64,000 nucleotides of DNA, taken from assembly GCA_963691875.1 (NCBI GenBank), contig OY829846.1:864001-928000 (forward strand), given 5' to 3'. The translations under genes and the position numbers were made by a program. The stretch is from Aureliella sp. GTDB taxonomy: Bacteria; Planctomycetota; Planctomycetia; Pirellulales; Pirellulaceae. Of this stretch, positions 49,830 to 60,249 are shown in pieces (position 1 is the stretch's first letter; each line of letters opens with the position of its first letter). The notes beneath the pieces were generated by a model that was not told the DNA's origin, searched no databases, and saw only the letters and a list, made by a program, of their open reading frames with translations.

Positions 49830-50954
49830 ATGGTCGTTAGGCGACGTGGCTTCACGCTAGTGGAATTGCTAGTGGTGATAGCCATCATCGGAATTCTGGT
49901 CGGGCTATTATTGCCCGCAGTGCAAGCTGCTCGAGAAGCAGCACGCCGCATGCAGTGCAGTAACAACATCAAGCAAATTGCACTTGCAATGCACAACTAT
50001 GAGAGTGCTCACAAGAAATTTCCAACTGGCACGACGGCGTTTTGGCCTCAAAACATCATCGGTCCAGATTTGGGGGCTGGCCCGATTCACGGACGCAGAA
50101 GACGCGGATTTACCAACAATCGTAATCCGAGCGTCCGCGTGCAAAATGGTTGGTACGACGGACAAGTCGGCTGGCCAATCTATATCGCGCCGTTCATTGA
50201 ATTGACCAACGTTTACAACATTTTCGACTTCCGTGGCCGTGCCTACACCAGTGAGGTTAACGATACTTGGTTTAACAACTACGGGCCGGATGCAACCTTC
50301 GCAGATCCACAGTCAAATCCTGGAGCTGCGAATCAGATCTTGGCCTGCAGCTCGGCTCCAGCTTCGTTTCTTTGCCCAAGCACACCCTTCAACGGAATTG
50401 AAGGTCATCACAAAGACTACGCGATGAATTCCGGACTAGGCCGGTGGGCAAACTGGAGAGTCGGCAATCCACAGGAGTCTGGCATTTCCGGAACTCGCCA
50501 ATCAAGTTGCTGTCCGGAACGTTCACACACAGTGAGCGGCCCTGGCGGACGTATGCAATGGGTGCGACACGGTGAAATTACCGACGGCACATCCAACACA
50601 CTTCTTGTCTTGGAGCAGAGTTCGGCCATCCCGAACTGGGACACGCCTGCGAATCCTTTCTTATGGGTCAATCACAACTCCCAAGGTTTAGCGGTAGCGA
50701 TCCAAGGTGGTCGTTTGTATCCACCAAACCCAGATCCGTTCAACGATTTCTTCACTCACCGTCCTAACACCACTGGCCGTCCAGGCTGGGGATTGGCAGG
50801 ACGCTGCTCTTGGGGCTGGCACACGGGTGGAGTCATGACTGGGATGTGTGATGGCAGTGTGCAATTCATCACTGATAACATCGCAATGCCACCTTGGCGC
50901 CGTTTGCACAGCATGAACGATGGCCAAACCGTCAACGTTCAAGACCCAACATAA
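49830..50954 (+). CDS. DUF1559 prepilin-like protein with an H-X9-DG C-terminal motif
   Basis: [17 protein letters not shown]...[30 protein letters not shown] and [12 protein letters not shown]. Confidence 0.95.
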   Translation: MVVRRRGFTLVELLVVIAIIGILVGLLLPAVQAAREAARRMQCSNNIKQIALAMHNYESAHKKFPTGTTAFWPQNIIGPDLGAGPIHGRRRRGFTNNRNPSVRVQNGWYDGQVGWPIYIAPFIELTNVYNIFDFRGRAYTSEVNDTWFNNYGPDATFADPQSNPGAANQILACSSAPASFLCPSTPFNGIEGHHKDYAMNSGLGRWANWRVGNPQESGISGTRQSSCCPERSHTVSGPGGRMQWVRHGEITDGTSNTLLVLEQSSAIPNWDTPANPFLWVNHNSQGLAVAIQGGRLYPPNPDPFNDFFTHRPNTTGRPGWGLAGRCSWGWHTGGVMTGMCDGSVQFITDNIAMPPWRRLHSMNDGQTVNVQDPT

Positions 50955-50980
50955 TCACTAGATGATTTAAGAAACAACAC

Positions 50981-51013
50981 AATGCGTCCAGGTCAGCTTG
51001 GACGCATTTTTTG
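50981..51013 (+). terminator. Intrinsic terminator
   Basis: AATGCGTCCA...TGGACGCATT followed by a T-run. Confidence 0.8.
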
Positions 51014-51171
51014 TTCACATCGTTCCGTGCGAAAGTTTGTGCGTTCCGTAAACGAGACAGACGCACAAGGAATAAATTGCGCAAGATCTGGGTCTAGTGA
51101 ACCAATTGCCGTAGCTTAGAAAGCTCGTTACCAGACAATCAAGCGAAAACTCAACCCAACCGAGGATAAAG

Positions 51172-51666
51172 ATGCATCGACCAATACGTTATTCTTTTCT
51201 GGCTATAGCGCCCTTGTTACTGTTCTCCGCAGCTGGCTGCGGACCACCAGAATACTACAAGTGCGCGGGTGTTGTCACCAAAGATGGCGAACCCGTCCCC
51301 TGGGTTATGATCGAATTCATGCCTGACGAGATCGACACTGTGCGTCCGCCCCGAGGAATCGCCGACAAAGAGGGCAAATTTGTGATGAAGAGCGCACGCA
51401 AGATTGGTGTTCCACCAGGAACTTATACAGTGCGAATCATTGACCCTGCAGCCGATGATGGCGGCCAAACGATCAAGCCAGGTGACGAGCACTACGAAAA
51501 CTATTCGTATGTTGTGGATCGCTACTCAGCGCAAAAATCGGACTTGAAGTACACTGCCGATTCCCACCAGAGTTCCTTTGAACTGAAGGCTGACACGCGC
51601 GAGTATACTGGTCCAGCTGTCCAACAAGAAAATGTACAGAACACAACTGATGGCGCCGACGAGTAG
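51172..51666 (+). CDS. Lipoprotein with a carboxypeptidase-regulatory-like beta domain (typical DUF1559 partner)
   Basis: Lipobox AAGC, G.VT.DG.P, D.EGKF and GVPPGTYTV. Confidence 0.85.
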   Translation: MHRPIRYSFLAIAPLLLFSAAGCGPPEYYKCAGVVTKDGEPVPWVMIEFMPDEIDTVRPPRGIADKEGKFVMKSARKIGVPPGTYTVRIIDPAADDGGQTIKPGDEHYENYSYVVDRYSAQKSDLKYTADSHQSSFELKADTREYTGPAVQQENVQNTTDGADE

Positions 51667-51714
51667 GTAGCTCCAATCACCTTTTGCACGATTTGGAGAA
51701 CAACTAAACCAGCT

Positions 51715-51745
51715 AAGCCGCGACAATCTTGTCGCGGCTTTCTCT
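51715..51745 (+). terminator. Intrinsic terminator
   Basis: 12-bp perfect inverted repeat AAGCCGCGACAA-TC-TTGTCGCGGCTT followed by TCTCT. Confidence 0.7.
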
Positions 51746-51797
51746 ATATAATCGTTACTTAGTAAGTGATGAAACCTCCCAACTCGCTCTCCAAATT

Positions 51798-52322
51798 ATG
51801 CTTCAAGAAAAAGCCTTACGTGACGCGGCGCTGCAAGTGTTCACCTTGCTGCGGTCGGGCTCCAACATGCTGGTCCTCGCCGAGAGCTGTACCAGCGGGG
51901 CGATTGCTGCAGCACTCGGAGTCGTACCAGGGCTTTCAGCACATTTCTGTGGCTCGCACGTAATCTATCGAAACCCGAGCAAGCAACTTTGGTTGGGAAT
52001 CGCAATTGAAATACTCGACGGTCCAGGCCCAGTAAGTGCTGAGTGCAGCCGCGCGATCTGTGAAGCTGCTCTGAAAAAAACCCCAGAGGCAAGCCTTTCC
52101 CTGGCCATAACAGGAGACTTGGGACCAGGAGCTGATGCAGAAAGAGATGGCATGACATACGTTTGTATAAAACGACGCGGGGAAGATTGCCAAGAAATAA
52201 GCCATCACCTGAGTGCTCCACCGCCACGCGATTCCCAAGATATTCTTGGCCGAGAGATGCGCCAAAAAGAAGCCACGCTCTTCACCCTAAAATACCTTGC
52301 GGATTATTTACGAAAGGCATGA
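51798..52322 (+). CDS. CinA/PncC family nicotinamide-nucleotide amidohydrolase
   Basis: AESCTSG, Y.N.SK, GPVSAEC and ITGDLGP. Confidence 0.85.
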   Translation: MLQEKALRDAALQVFTLLRSGSNMLVLAESCTSGAIAAALGVVPGLSAHFCGSHVIYRNPSKQLWLGIAIEILDGPGPVSAECSRAICEAALKKTPEASLSLAITGDLGPGADAERDGMTYVCIKRRGEDCQEISHHLSAPPPRDSQDILGREMRQKEATLFTLKYLADYLRKA

Positions 52323-52390
52323 CTTGACTTGTAAGCCATTCCCAACACAAATGGCTCTTAAAAAGAACTCGCATCCCAAGAGCACCTCCC

Positions 52391-54028
52391 ATGATCGACC
52401 AACAAAGCTCAAAACGTTTTCTAACTGGGATTTGGGCACTGATTTCCATTTTGCCGACGACTTTGGCGGCTCAGGAATTTGATGAGCGTTTTACAGACTG
52501 GCCCCTTGATTTGAAGATCAACGGCCGTTTGATTTTGTGCGATGCCGAGACGGACTTAGAGACCATCACTAAGCTTGTGTCAGAAACGGACAAGAGCGGG
52601 AAAGTCGTCGTACTCTGCCAAGAGGACGAAGCAAGCGAACTGAAAGAAGGATATGAACAGCACTTCCAAACCGTAGTCGTTGTTCAAAACCTGCGAGCAG
52701 CATCCGAGCACCAAGATGCATCTACTGTTGCGTGGCACACATCAGCCTATTTCCAAAGTCGTTTTCAGTATCTTGACAGACAGGCAACTTGGCTCAAGGA
52801 GCAAATAAACACGGGAAAGACCGCAATCGTATCCGGCGGCGCTGCCAATTGGTGTAGTAAGCATTATCTGGCCAACGACAAGCCACATCCTGAAATTGCT
52901 CATGGATGCAATCTTCTGCCAGATTGTGTCTTGAAGACACGCTTCTCCTCCGCCAATCGGCTGCCCATGATGAGCGTCTTAACGAGCCAGCCCAAGACCG
53001 TTGGCCTCGGGCTAGAGCCCCAAACCGCACTCCTGTTGGCGGGTCGTAAATTGCTTGTCGCTGGTGAAGGCAGGGCGCGACTCTTCCTGCCCGGAAACGA
53101 AATGCTGCCTCAGAGGACTGTTACGATCCAACCGAGGTCCTCCGAGCGTCGCCAACGGACAACCGAAATCATGGCGGATCTAACTCAGTGGCGACGCGAG
53201 GCGATCGATCGCAGCTTGGAGGCTTTTCCGGTGGCCGAGCCTAGAACACCCAATGTCTCCAATGGCACGCTCTTTATAGTAGGCGGAGGAGGAATGCCCG
53301 ATGGATTGATGGAGGACTTCATTGAGGCTGCTGGCGGTAAAGAAAAAGCCAAGCTGGTTTACGTGCCCTGCTCTGAAGCCGACAGCGTGGGTGACGACCA
53401 GCGAATGGTTCAGTATTGGGAACGGCTGGGTGTCAAAGAGGCGACCTTTATTCATACGAAGGACCGTAACAAAGCAAACGCCGATCCAGCGATCCTCAAC
53501 AAACTGCGCGATGCAACAGGTATTTGGTTTGGCGGCGGAAGACAGTGGAACTTTTCGGATTCGTACTACGGCACTGAGGCACATCGGCTCATGAAGGAAG
53601 TACTCAAGCGCGGCGGCGCGATCGGCGGATCCTCCGCGGGTGCATCCATTCAGGCTCGTTACTTGTGTCGCGCAACGCCGATCGAAAACTATCTGCCGAT
53701 GGCTCCCGGCTACGAACGCGGCGGCCTAGGCTTCATCTCCGGCGTTGCAATTGACCAACACTTTTCGCAACGCAAACGTTTCAGAGATATGAGTTCGTTA
53801 GTCGATCGCTATCCACAGTTGCTTGGGATCGGCATTGACGAGGCAACGGCAATTGTCGTTCGCAAGTCAAATGCGACTGTCGTCGGGCGCGGCAAAGTGC
53901 ACTTCTATGATCGAGACAAACCTGTCTTCCCGGACCAGTTAGACTATCAAGCCCTGGAAGCAGGTGAGACGTATGATCTCGATGCGAGAGCTGTCGTGGA
54001 TGCCCCCCAGACTAAAAGCATTCCCTAA
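52391..54028 (+). CDS. Exported cyanophycinase-like (peptidase S51) protein with a degenerate N-terminal copy
   Basis: C-terminal IVGGG, FGGGRQ, GGSSAGA, DQHFSQR.R and GIGIDEAT; N-terminal half echoes the pattern (VGLGLEPQTA). Confidence 0.85.
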   Translation: MIDQQSSKRFLTGIWALISILPTTLAAQEFDERFTDWPLDLKINGRLILCDAETDLETITKLVSETDKSGKVVVLCQEDEASELKEGYEQHFQTVVVVQNLRAASEHQDASTVAWHTSAYFQSRFQYLDRQATWLKEQINTGKTAIVSGGAANWCSKHYLANDKPHPEIAHGCNLLPDCVLKTRFSSANRLPMMSVLTSQPKTVGLGLEPQTALLLAGRKLLVAGEGRARLFLPGNEMLPQRTVTIQPRSSERRQRTTEIMADLTQWRREAIDRSLEAFPVAEPRTPNVSNGTLFIVGGGGMPDGLMEDFIEAAGGKEKAKLVYVPCSEADSVGDDQRMVQYWERLGVKEATFIHTKDRNKANADPAILNKLRDATGIWFGGGRQWNFSDSYYGTEAHRLMKEVLKRGGAIGGSSAGASIQARYLCRATPIENYLPMAPGYERGGLGFISGVAIDQHFSQRKRFRDMSSLVDRYPQLLGIGIDEATAIVVRKSNATVVGRGKVHFYDRDKPVFPDQLDYQALEAGETYDLDARAVVDAPQTKSIP

Positions 54029-54153
54029 CCTTTTCTTTCGCAGAATGAGTGCTCCCGTTAGATTCTCGGTGTCTGTGAGTTACTATCGCTGTAGCTTGGG
54101 ACTGGTTGCAAACTTTGAAGCGGTGGTTGAGATTTAGATTCTTTGAGTAACTG

Positions 54154-55344
54154 ATGGAGAACATTGCACTTTACACGACGAGAAGGAGGTTCCTGACGGA
54201 GGACCAACTTATTCAGCTGGCCCCGAACGCAGAAATTGAAGTGCACGATAATGGAGCGACTCTTTCATGGCATGAGGCAAGTATTCGGCTGAGCGTGATG
54301 GCTGAAAACTCCCTTTCATCTCATCTCACCAGCTTTAACGGCTTTGTTACGTCCCAAGTTGGTGGGGCAACTGATCAAATCCAAGGGATACTGGATCAGA
54401 TCGCCGCCTCACAGATGTGCATTGGTTGCGTTGTAGATCCAGATTTTGACGCCTCGATAAATGCCACGAGCTTTCTCGTAAGCCTTGCCGCGACACTCGA
54501 AGAGTCGTTTTTCTTCTACGGCACAGGCATCTTCTCGCCGCTTGGCGAACCGTGGTTTGGCCCTTCCGGTATGCCAGCCTTGTTCGAGCTCTCTGAGTTA
54601 TCGGTGCAGAAACTCACGCTCGAAGAGTACCCACGGATGACTCCGGATCAGCAAGTCCGCTTCCAACGCCAGGCACAAGTCTTCGAGCAATATCATGTTC
54701 CCAACATCGGAAAACGCTGTTGGGTCAAGGATCGGAGTGCAGAAATCCTCAGGCCGCCACGCGAAGTCGCAAAGCGCATTTTGGCCTTACACACGGTCGT
54801 ATGTATCGCTAGAGGCCGCCCGAGATCCGAGGCAATGAAGGACCTAGAACAGACAGGAGCCGCCGACGCGCTTACGGAGGCAGAGAGAGATTTCCTTGCT
54901 CACCGACGACTTCCTGAATCAGAACGTCAAGCGATGATCTGGCAGCTGGAGGACTTATGGGTGTTAATGTGGTCCCTACGCCACATTGATGAGTTCACTT
55001 GGCCAACGGAGATGTGCAATGTAGACGCCTTACATGAGTTGGTCTTCAATAAAAGCAAAGACAGCAGAGCTTTTATTGAGGATGCAAACTTGCGAGGAAC
55101 AAAGTCTATTCTGGACGCGACGCAAATCGTCATCGGTATACATGCAGTGCTTCGCAGTGCCTCGGCCGAACAAGAGGAAGTGCCCGAGAACCTGAACTGG
55201 AAGCAACCGAATCGAATGGTTCTAGTGTCGAACAGTGCGTTGATTGGCATAGTCGCTCGGCGTCACCATGCCCTCAACTGGCTTCGCGGACTTGGCGAAT
55301 GGGATACGGTCGATACACCTACCGTCCCAGAGGCAGTACTTTAA
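54154..55344 (+). CDS. DUF4272-like protein
   Basis: R...EVAKRILAL, LT..E..FL, W..E.LWVLMWSL and RHHALNWL...WD.V.TPT. Confidence 0.75.
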   Translation: MENIALYTTRRRFLTEDQLIQLAPNAEIEVHDNGATLSWHEASIRLSVMAENSLSSHLTSFNGFVTSQVGGATDQIQGILDQIAASQMCIGCVVDPDFDASINATSFLVSLAATLEESFFFYGTGIFSPLGEPWFGPSGMPALFELSELSVQKLTLEEYPRMTPDQQVRFQRQAQVFEQYHVPNIGKRCWVKDRSAEILRPPREVAKRILALHTVVCIARGRPRSEAMKDLEQTGAADALTEAERDFLAHRRLPESERQAMIWQLEDLWVLMWSLRHIDEFTWPTEMCNVDALHELVFNKSKDSRAFIEDANLRGTKSILDATQIVIGIHAVLRSASAEQEEVPENLNWKQPNRMVLVSNSALIGIVARRHHALNWLRGLGEWDTVDTPTVPEAVL

Positions 55345-55592
55345 GACATGCAGGATTTGTCCTACATCACCGGCTTCGCTATCGTTGGGCCGGCGTGCGG
55401 AATTCGTGACTCGTTGTGTTCGCTTCACCATCTAAAGTACAGGTGCGAAACGAGCGCGTAAGGAGCCGGCAGACCCAATTTCCCCAGTTGACTGAAAGCG
55501 GCGAAGCCGCGGACTAGAAGGGCGACTGCAGATGCTTGCAGCAGCCTTCGACTTATGGTGCGTTTGCAGCTAAATCGCGGTAAGTAAGATTC

Positions 55593-56025
55593 CTAGAATC
55601 GCACTTGGAACTGCAAGCAGACAAAAATCGGCGTCCGCATTCACGGCGCCCGCGGTCTGCGAGAAGTAATCGCCAGACGAGAAGTGCGAGTACCCTGACA
55701 CGATGTTTGCCCGTGGGTTGATCGTGATCGTTGCAAGCAAGTCGATCTCATTCCCCAAGCCCATAGAAGCCGCAGCGGCTACGGTGTTATAAGGCGTTAT
55801 AACAACGCTGCATGGTTTAGTTTCCTGTTCCAATAAGAAGTAGTGATGACAGAGCAAGAACTTGACGTTCGAAATCGGCGTCGGCGTGATTAAAGATAGG
55901 TCGACATCGTTCAAGTTTCGGCGACCAAATAATTCCATGCACCTGTTTTACTTGTGTGCCAATGGGAAGTAGTGGTCGAATCCATCTTCTCCAAGAACAA
56001 ACTGATCGCTACCTGAGGCCCAGTC
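55593..56025 (-). pseudogene. 3' remnant of an alginate-export-family outer-membrane beta-barrel
   Basis: DWASG...GFDHYFPLAHK*NRCMELFGRRNL...GNEIDLL...GYSHF.SGDYF. Removing one T from the T-run near 55625 restores DADFVCLQFQVRF* with a terminal Phe. No recognisable 5' part. Confidence 0.75.
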
Positions 56026-56617
56026 AGCTCTTCGCGTTCTCTGCTCGGGCGGCGACTGGGATCGCACTTATCTATGAAGCCGAAATGCAGCGAAACTTCA
56101 GCTACGACAAGATGAGGCCCTATGGCTTCGGCGAAGGCAATCGCAATGCCCCACGTAACATGGATGACTACTCTGACTTTCCTCGTAGGCTATGGTGCGT
56201 TAGACATCATGCTCGACATGGTTCTCAAGACGATCTGTTTTTTTAGCATGGGGCTCCTCTGGCTCTACGTTGTCGATGCCATATTCCGCCTATTCAGCAA
56301 CCGGACAGGATCGTATCACGTCGACTGACGCCGCTCCACTCAGGGAAAACTATCGCCAGCAATAGGTATAGGTTCACTTTATCCGAAAACCCATATTGTC
56401 TTCCTCGCTTAAGCGTTTTGTGGTCGAGCTTTTCCGAAGGGGCAGAGTGACTTGTTGTAGGCCGGAACAAGAACGCAGCCACGCCGTAACAGTGCAAACT
56501 CGACTTCAAGCCTAACCGTTTGGAATGTGACTTGTGGGCCTACGTGTTGGCAGAACTGAAAATCGCGTTATTCTGAACAACTGGACTTCGAACTTCTTCA
56601 ATGCTGGATCTTGATGC

Positions 56618-58000
56618 ATGCGTAAGTTACTTCTTCTTAGTTTTGTGCTTGCAGGAGTCGCCATTTTCATAGCTCTACGCAATGGCAGACAGGTCGTTCG
56701 GCCCGATCTGGAAGTCGGAGCCGTCCCGGCGGTATCTGCCAACTCGGAAGACTCCTTCCGAGTTGGTGCTCTCGGTTGGAATCGTTTCCGAGGGCCCAAC
56801 GGCTTCGGCGTGCTAGACGACACGAATATCCCATTGCAATGGAGTTCTACCGAAAACCTTGCATGGAGTGCTGCTCTTCCAGGAATTGGTGCAAGTAGTC
56901 CGGTACTCACCGAAACTCGAGTCTTTGTGACAGCTTGCGAGTTCGAGCGGCAATCCAACGGCGAGCTTGCCTGGATTAAGCGCTTCGTCTGCTGTTTTGA
57001 ACGTGAATCCGGCACCGAGCTATGGAAGAAGGAAATCGATGGCAAGCTGCCGGAAGACCCCTACCGTGGCATGGGGCTTCCAGAACACGGTTATGCCACG
57101 AACACACCAGTTGTCGACGAAAAACATGTTTACGCTTTTCTTGGCAAATCGGGTGTCTACTGTTTCGACATGGAAGGCAATGAGGTCTGGCAACGCGCCG
57201 TCGGTCAAGATTCTAATCCCAAGGGTTGGGGTTCATGCTCGAGTTTGATCCTTTGCGGCGACTCTGTCATCGTCAATGCGGCGGAAGAATCCAATACCAT
57301 CTTTGCCTTGGATCGAATAACCGGAGAAACCAATTGGGAAGTAGATTCACCAAGTCTCAATTACGCATTCAGCACTCCAGCCGTAGTCACTACCGCCGAT
57401 GGCAATCTGGAACTCGTTTTTGTTCTGGTCGGGGAGATCTGGGGACTGAATCCTGAGACGGGGAAGCTGCTTTGGTACGCAGAAACTCCGATGGCAGGTA
57501 ATGTTTCACCTTGCTTAATCGTCCAGGATGATTTGATCTACTCCTTTGGCGGCTATCGCAGCGTCGGCTCACTATGCGTCCAAGCAGGAGGTCGAGGTAA
57601 TGTGACCGACTCGCATGTAAAATGGACAAGCAGACTGACCTCCTATATCTCGACGCCAGTACTGCTAAATGAAAAGCTCTACTGGGTCGATAGCTCGGCA
57701 AAGTTCTATACCCAGGATGCCAGGACAGGGGAAATGATCTCTCGAGGACGTATGAAAGTCGATCTCTCTGGGTCACAACCCATTTACGCATCGGCACTGG
57801 CGATTGGAGGGAAGATCGTGTTGCAAACTCGCCGTGCAGGAGTGTTGGTGATGGAAGCCGATGACGATCTAACTGTGCTACACCAGAACATTCTCGACAA
57901 TTCCCTCTCCAACGCCACACCAGCGGCCGACGACGGACAGCTCTTTCTCCGCAGCGACTCGCATTTGTATTGCGTCCAGGCTCCCAAGGACGAGTCCTAA
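56618..58000 (+). CDS. PQQ-like/BamB-type beta-propeller protein
   Basis: WNRFRGPNG.G, W...ENLAW...LPG.GASSP and repeated TP...G...W motifs. Confidence 0.9.
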   Translation: MRKLLLLSFVLAGVAIFIALRNGRQVVRPDLEVGAVPAVSANSEDSFRVGALGWNRFRGPNGFGVLDDTNIPLQWSSTENLAWSAALPGIGASSPVLTETRVFVTACEFERQSNGELAWIKRFVCCFERESGTELWKKEIDGKLPEDPYRGMGLPEHGYATNTPVVDEKHVYAFLGKSGVYCFDMEGNEVWQRAVGQDSNPKGWGSCSSLILCGDSVIVNAAEESNTIFALDRITGETNWEVDSPSLNYAFSTPAVVTTADGNLELVFVLVGEIWGLNPETGKLLWYAETPMAGNVSPCLIVQDDLIYSFGGYRSVGSLCVQAGGRGNVTDSHVKWTSRLTSYISTPVLLNEKLYWVDSSAKFYTQDARTGEMISRGRMKVDLSGSQPIYASALAIGGKIVLQTRRAGVLVMEADDDLTVLHQNILDNSLSNATPAADDGQLFLRSDSHLYCVQAPKDES

Positions 58001-58263
58001 GAGCGAGGCCGAAACGCTGCGGGCTCATACCATCGAATTTCGAACAAGAAATGTCAAATTTCGAAGTCGGGCGGGACTGCGCCGCGATGAGCTATAGAGA
58101 AAACGCGTGACCTCCAAATCGCTAGCGTTCGGCTCTTTCGCTGTCTTTGCGTCACCCAGGCGGCAAAAGCAAACCGGCACCAACCGCTAGGCTCTAAATA
58201 ATCTTCGAGCATCAACGGTGCAGTAGGCGTTAGACAAAGTCTCGTTACGAACCGAATTGGCGT

Positions 58264-59886
58264 CTACCACTTGAGGCCAAATCGTTCGCCACCGCTGCTG
58301 GATCCAGTTCCACCTTTAAGAGGACCTTGGTGCTTGGGCAAAACAGGCTTCGCCGGTGGCAATTCCTCCTCCTGCTTGGAGTCCTCTTCCTTCGTCTCTG
58401 GTGCCGCCTGAGCGCCCTTGATGGAGAGACTCATTCGCTGATTGGCCGTATCGACGGAAAGCACCTTGACGTCAATCTCCTCGCCTTCGGAAACAACGTT
58501 GGAGACGTTGCTGACGCGATGGTGCGCAAGTTCGCTGATATGAACCAAGCCTTCAACGCCGGTGGCCACTTTGACAAAGGCACCGAATTCTGCGATGCGA
58601 CTAACAGTACCTTTACAGACAGCCCCTATCGCGAATCGACTGTCAATATCATTCCACGGATGATCAGCCAGTGATCGATAGGAAAGACCAATCTTGCTGC
58701 TCTGTTCATCGATCTTGTCAATTCGGACTTCGACTTTCTGCCCTACCTCGACGACTTCGCTCGGATGATTCACTCGGTCCCACGAAAGCTGACTGATGTG
58801 CAGCAGTCCGTCAAGCCCTCCGATATCAACGAATGCACCAAAGTCGAGGATTTTCGTCACGGTGCCTTCTACTGAATCGCCGACAGAGATCGATGCCATC
58901 CGTTCGGCTCGTTTCGCTTCCTTCTCACGCTCCAGCACAGCTCGACGCGATAATACGAGATTGCCACGCCGCTCGTTGGCTTCCGTGACAACACAAAGTA
59001 CCTTTTGATCCACTAGCTCAGCTAGATTTTCAACGCGATACTCTGCAACCTGACTTGCCGGGATGAAGCCACGAATTGCCCCCGCCTTGCACTCCAAGCC
59101 GCCGGTGTTTGAACCGGTAACAAGTACTTCGATGACTTCACCTTCGTTGATGTCGTCCCACTCGGAGACTTCGACAGCACTGCCTGGCAGAGTGACTTCG
59201 TAGAGTCCTTCTTCTCGATTGAAGCCCCGAACAACGACTTCGATCTGGGAACCAATCTCAGGTTCCGTTTCGAATTGCGTGCGAGGGACCATGCCTTCGT
59301 TGGGACCGCCAAGCGAAACGAAGACGAACTCTTCCTGCGCCTTAACGATTTTCGCTTGAATCCGCTGCCCTTCGTCAATCGACTTGCCAACTTGCAACAT
59401 TTCGTCGCCGATTAGCATCGAATCGAGATCGGAGCCACCGAATGCGGCATTTAACTCGTCTTCCAGATCCGCTGCCAGAGGTTGGCGAAGAGAAGGCACT
59501 TCGACTTTTGGTGCGACTGCTGGAGGCGTTTTGATCACGCCAACTTCTTGAACTGGCTTGGCTTGTTCGTTCTTTTCAGCCCGTTTTGCTTGTTTCGCCC
59601 GCTTTGGTTTCGGCCCCTTTCCGCCTGACTTGCCCTTCGATGATTCCTCAGGCTGGGGCGCGGCAGCAGGCTGATGCTGGCTCTTACGCAACTCGCGGAT
59701 ACGGCTCAAATTGAGTGGGCCACCCGAGGCGGGCTTCGACACTGGTTCAACGCTGGACTCTGTCTCCGCAGACTCAGTGACTGCCTCAGTTGGCTTCTCT
59801 GCAGCTTCATGAGAGGGAACTGGAGTGTCCTCGCCAGCAACATTCTCTGGCGAGTCTTTGGGGGAATTTTCAGTAGACATGTTCAA
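58264..59886 (-). CDS. rpsA: S1-domain protein (four S1 repeats; ribosomal protein S1 paralogue) with a long disordered N-terminus
   Basis: Four S1 repeats incl. FGAFVDIGGLDGLLHISQLSW and FGAFVKVATGVEGLVHISEL. May not be the main rpsA. Confidence 0.8.
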   Translation of the reverse strand: MNMSTENSPKDSPENVAGEDTPVPSHEAAEKPTEAVTESAETESSVEPVSKPASGGPLNLSRIRELRKSQHQPAAAPQPEESSKGKSGGKGPKPKRAKQAKRAEKNEQAKPVQEVGVIKTPPAVAPKVEVPSLRQPLAADLEDELNAAFGGSDLDSMLIGDEMLQVGKSIDEGQRIQAKIVKAQEEFVFVSLGGPNEGMVPRTQFETEPEIGSQIEVVVRGFNREEGLYEVTLPGSAVEVSEWDDINEGEVIEVLVTGSNTGGLECKAGAIRGFIPASQVAEYRVENLAELVDQKVLCVVTEANERRGNLVLSRRAVLEREKEAKRAERMASISVGDSVEGTVTKILDFGAFVDIGGLDGLLHISQLSWDRVNHPSEVVEVGQKVEVRIDKIDEQSSKIGLSYRSLADHPWNDIDSRFAIGAVCKGTVSRIAEFGAFVKVATGVEGLVHISELAHHRVSNVSNVVSEGEEIDVKVLSVDTANQRMSLSIKGAQAAPETKEEDSKQEEELPPAKPVLPKHQGPLKGGTGSSSGGERFGLKW

Positions 59887-60249
59887 AACAGAAAAAGGCA
59901 GTCGACAGAATGGAGCTCAGGTAACTTGATTTTCGGCACCCCGGGCAGGTGTAGATGTCAAATTTTAGACTCCGGTCCTCATCCTTCCAACGAGTACCAG
60001 CCGATTTCTGGCGCAAATGAGCTTGGGAGACGCCCAGCAGAGTTTGGATGGGGCAGAATAGTTAAAATCCCAACCTGTCCAGGGCTCACCAGAGCTTCAG
60101 TTTGCACGAGCGGATCTCCTCGTATCACGACGCGGGAGCGAGATTGGATTAGCAGGGCCAATCATTCTAGAACTTTGACGCGTTTGTCAGGGCAAGGGTG
60201 ATTGCTGATGTCTTCACTATGTGGTCGAGTATGCGGTAAAACTAACGGC

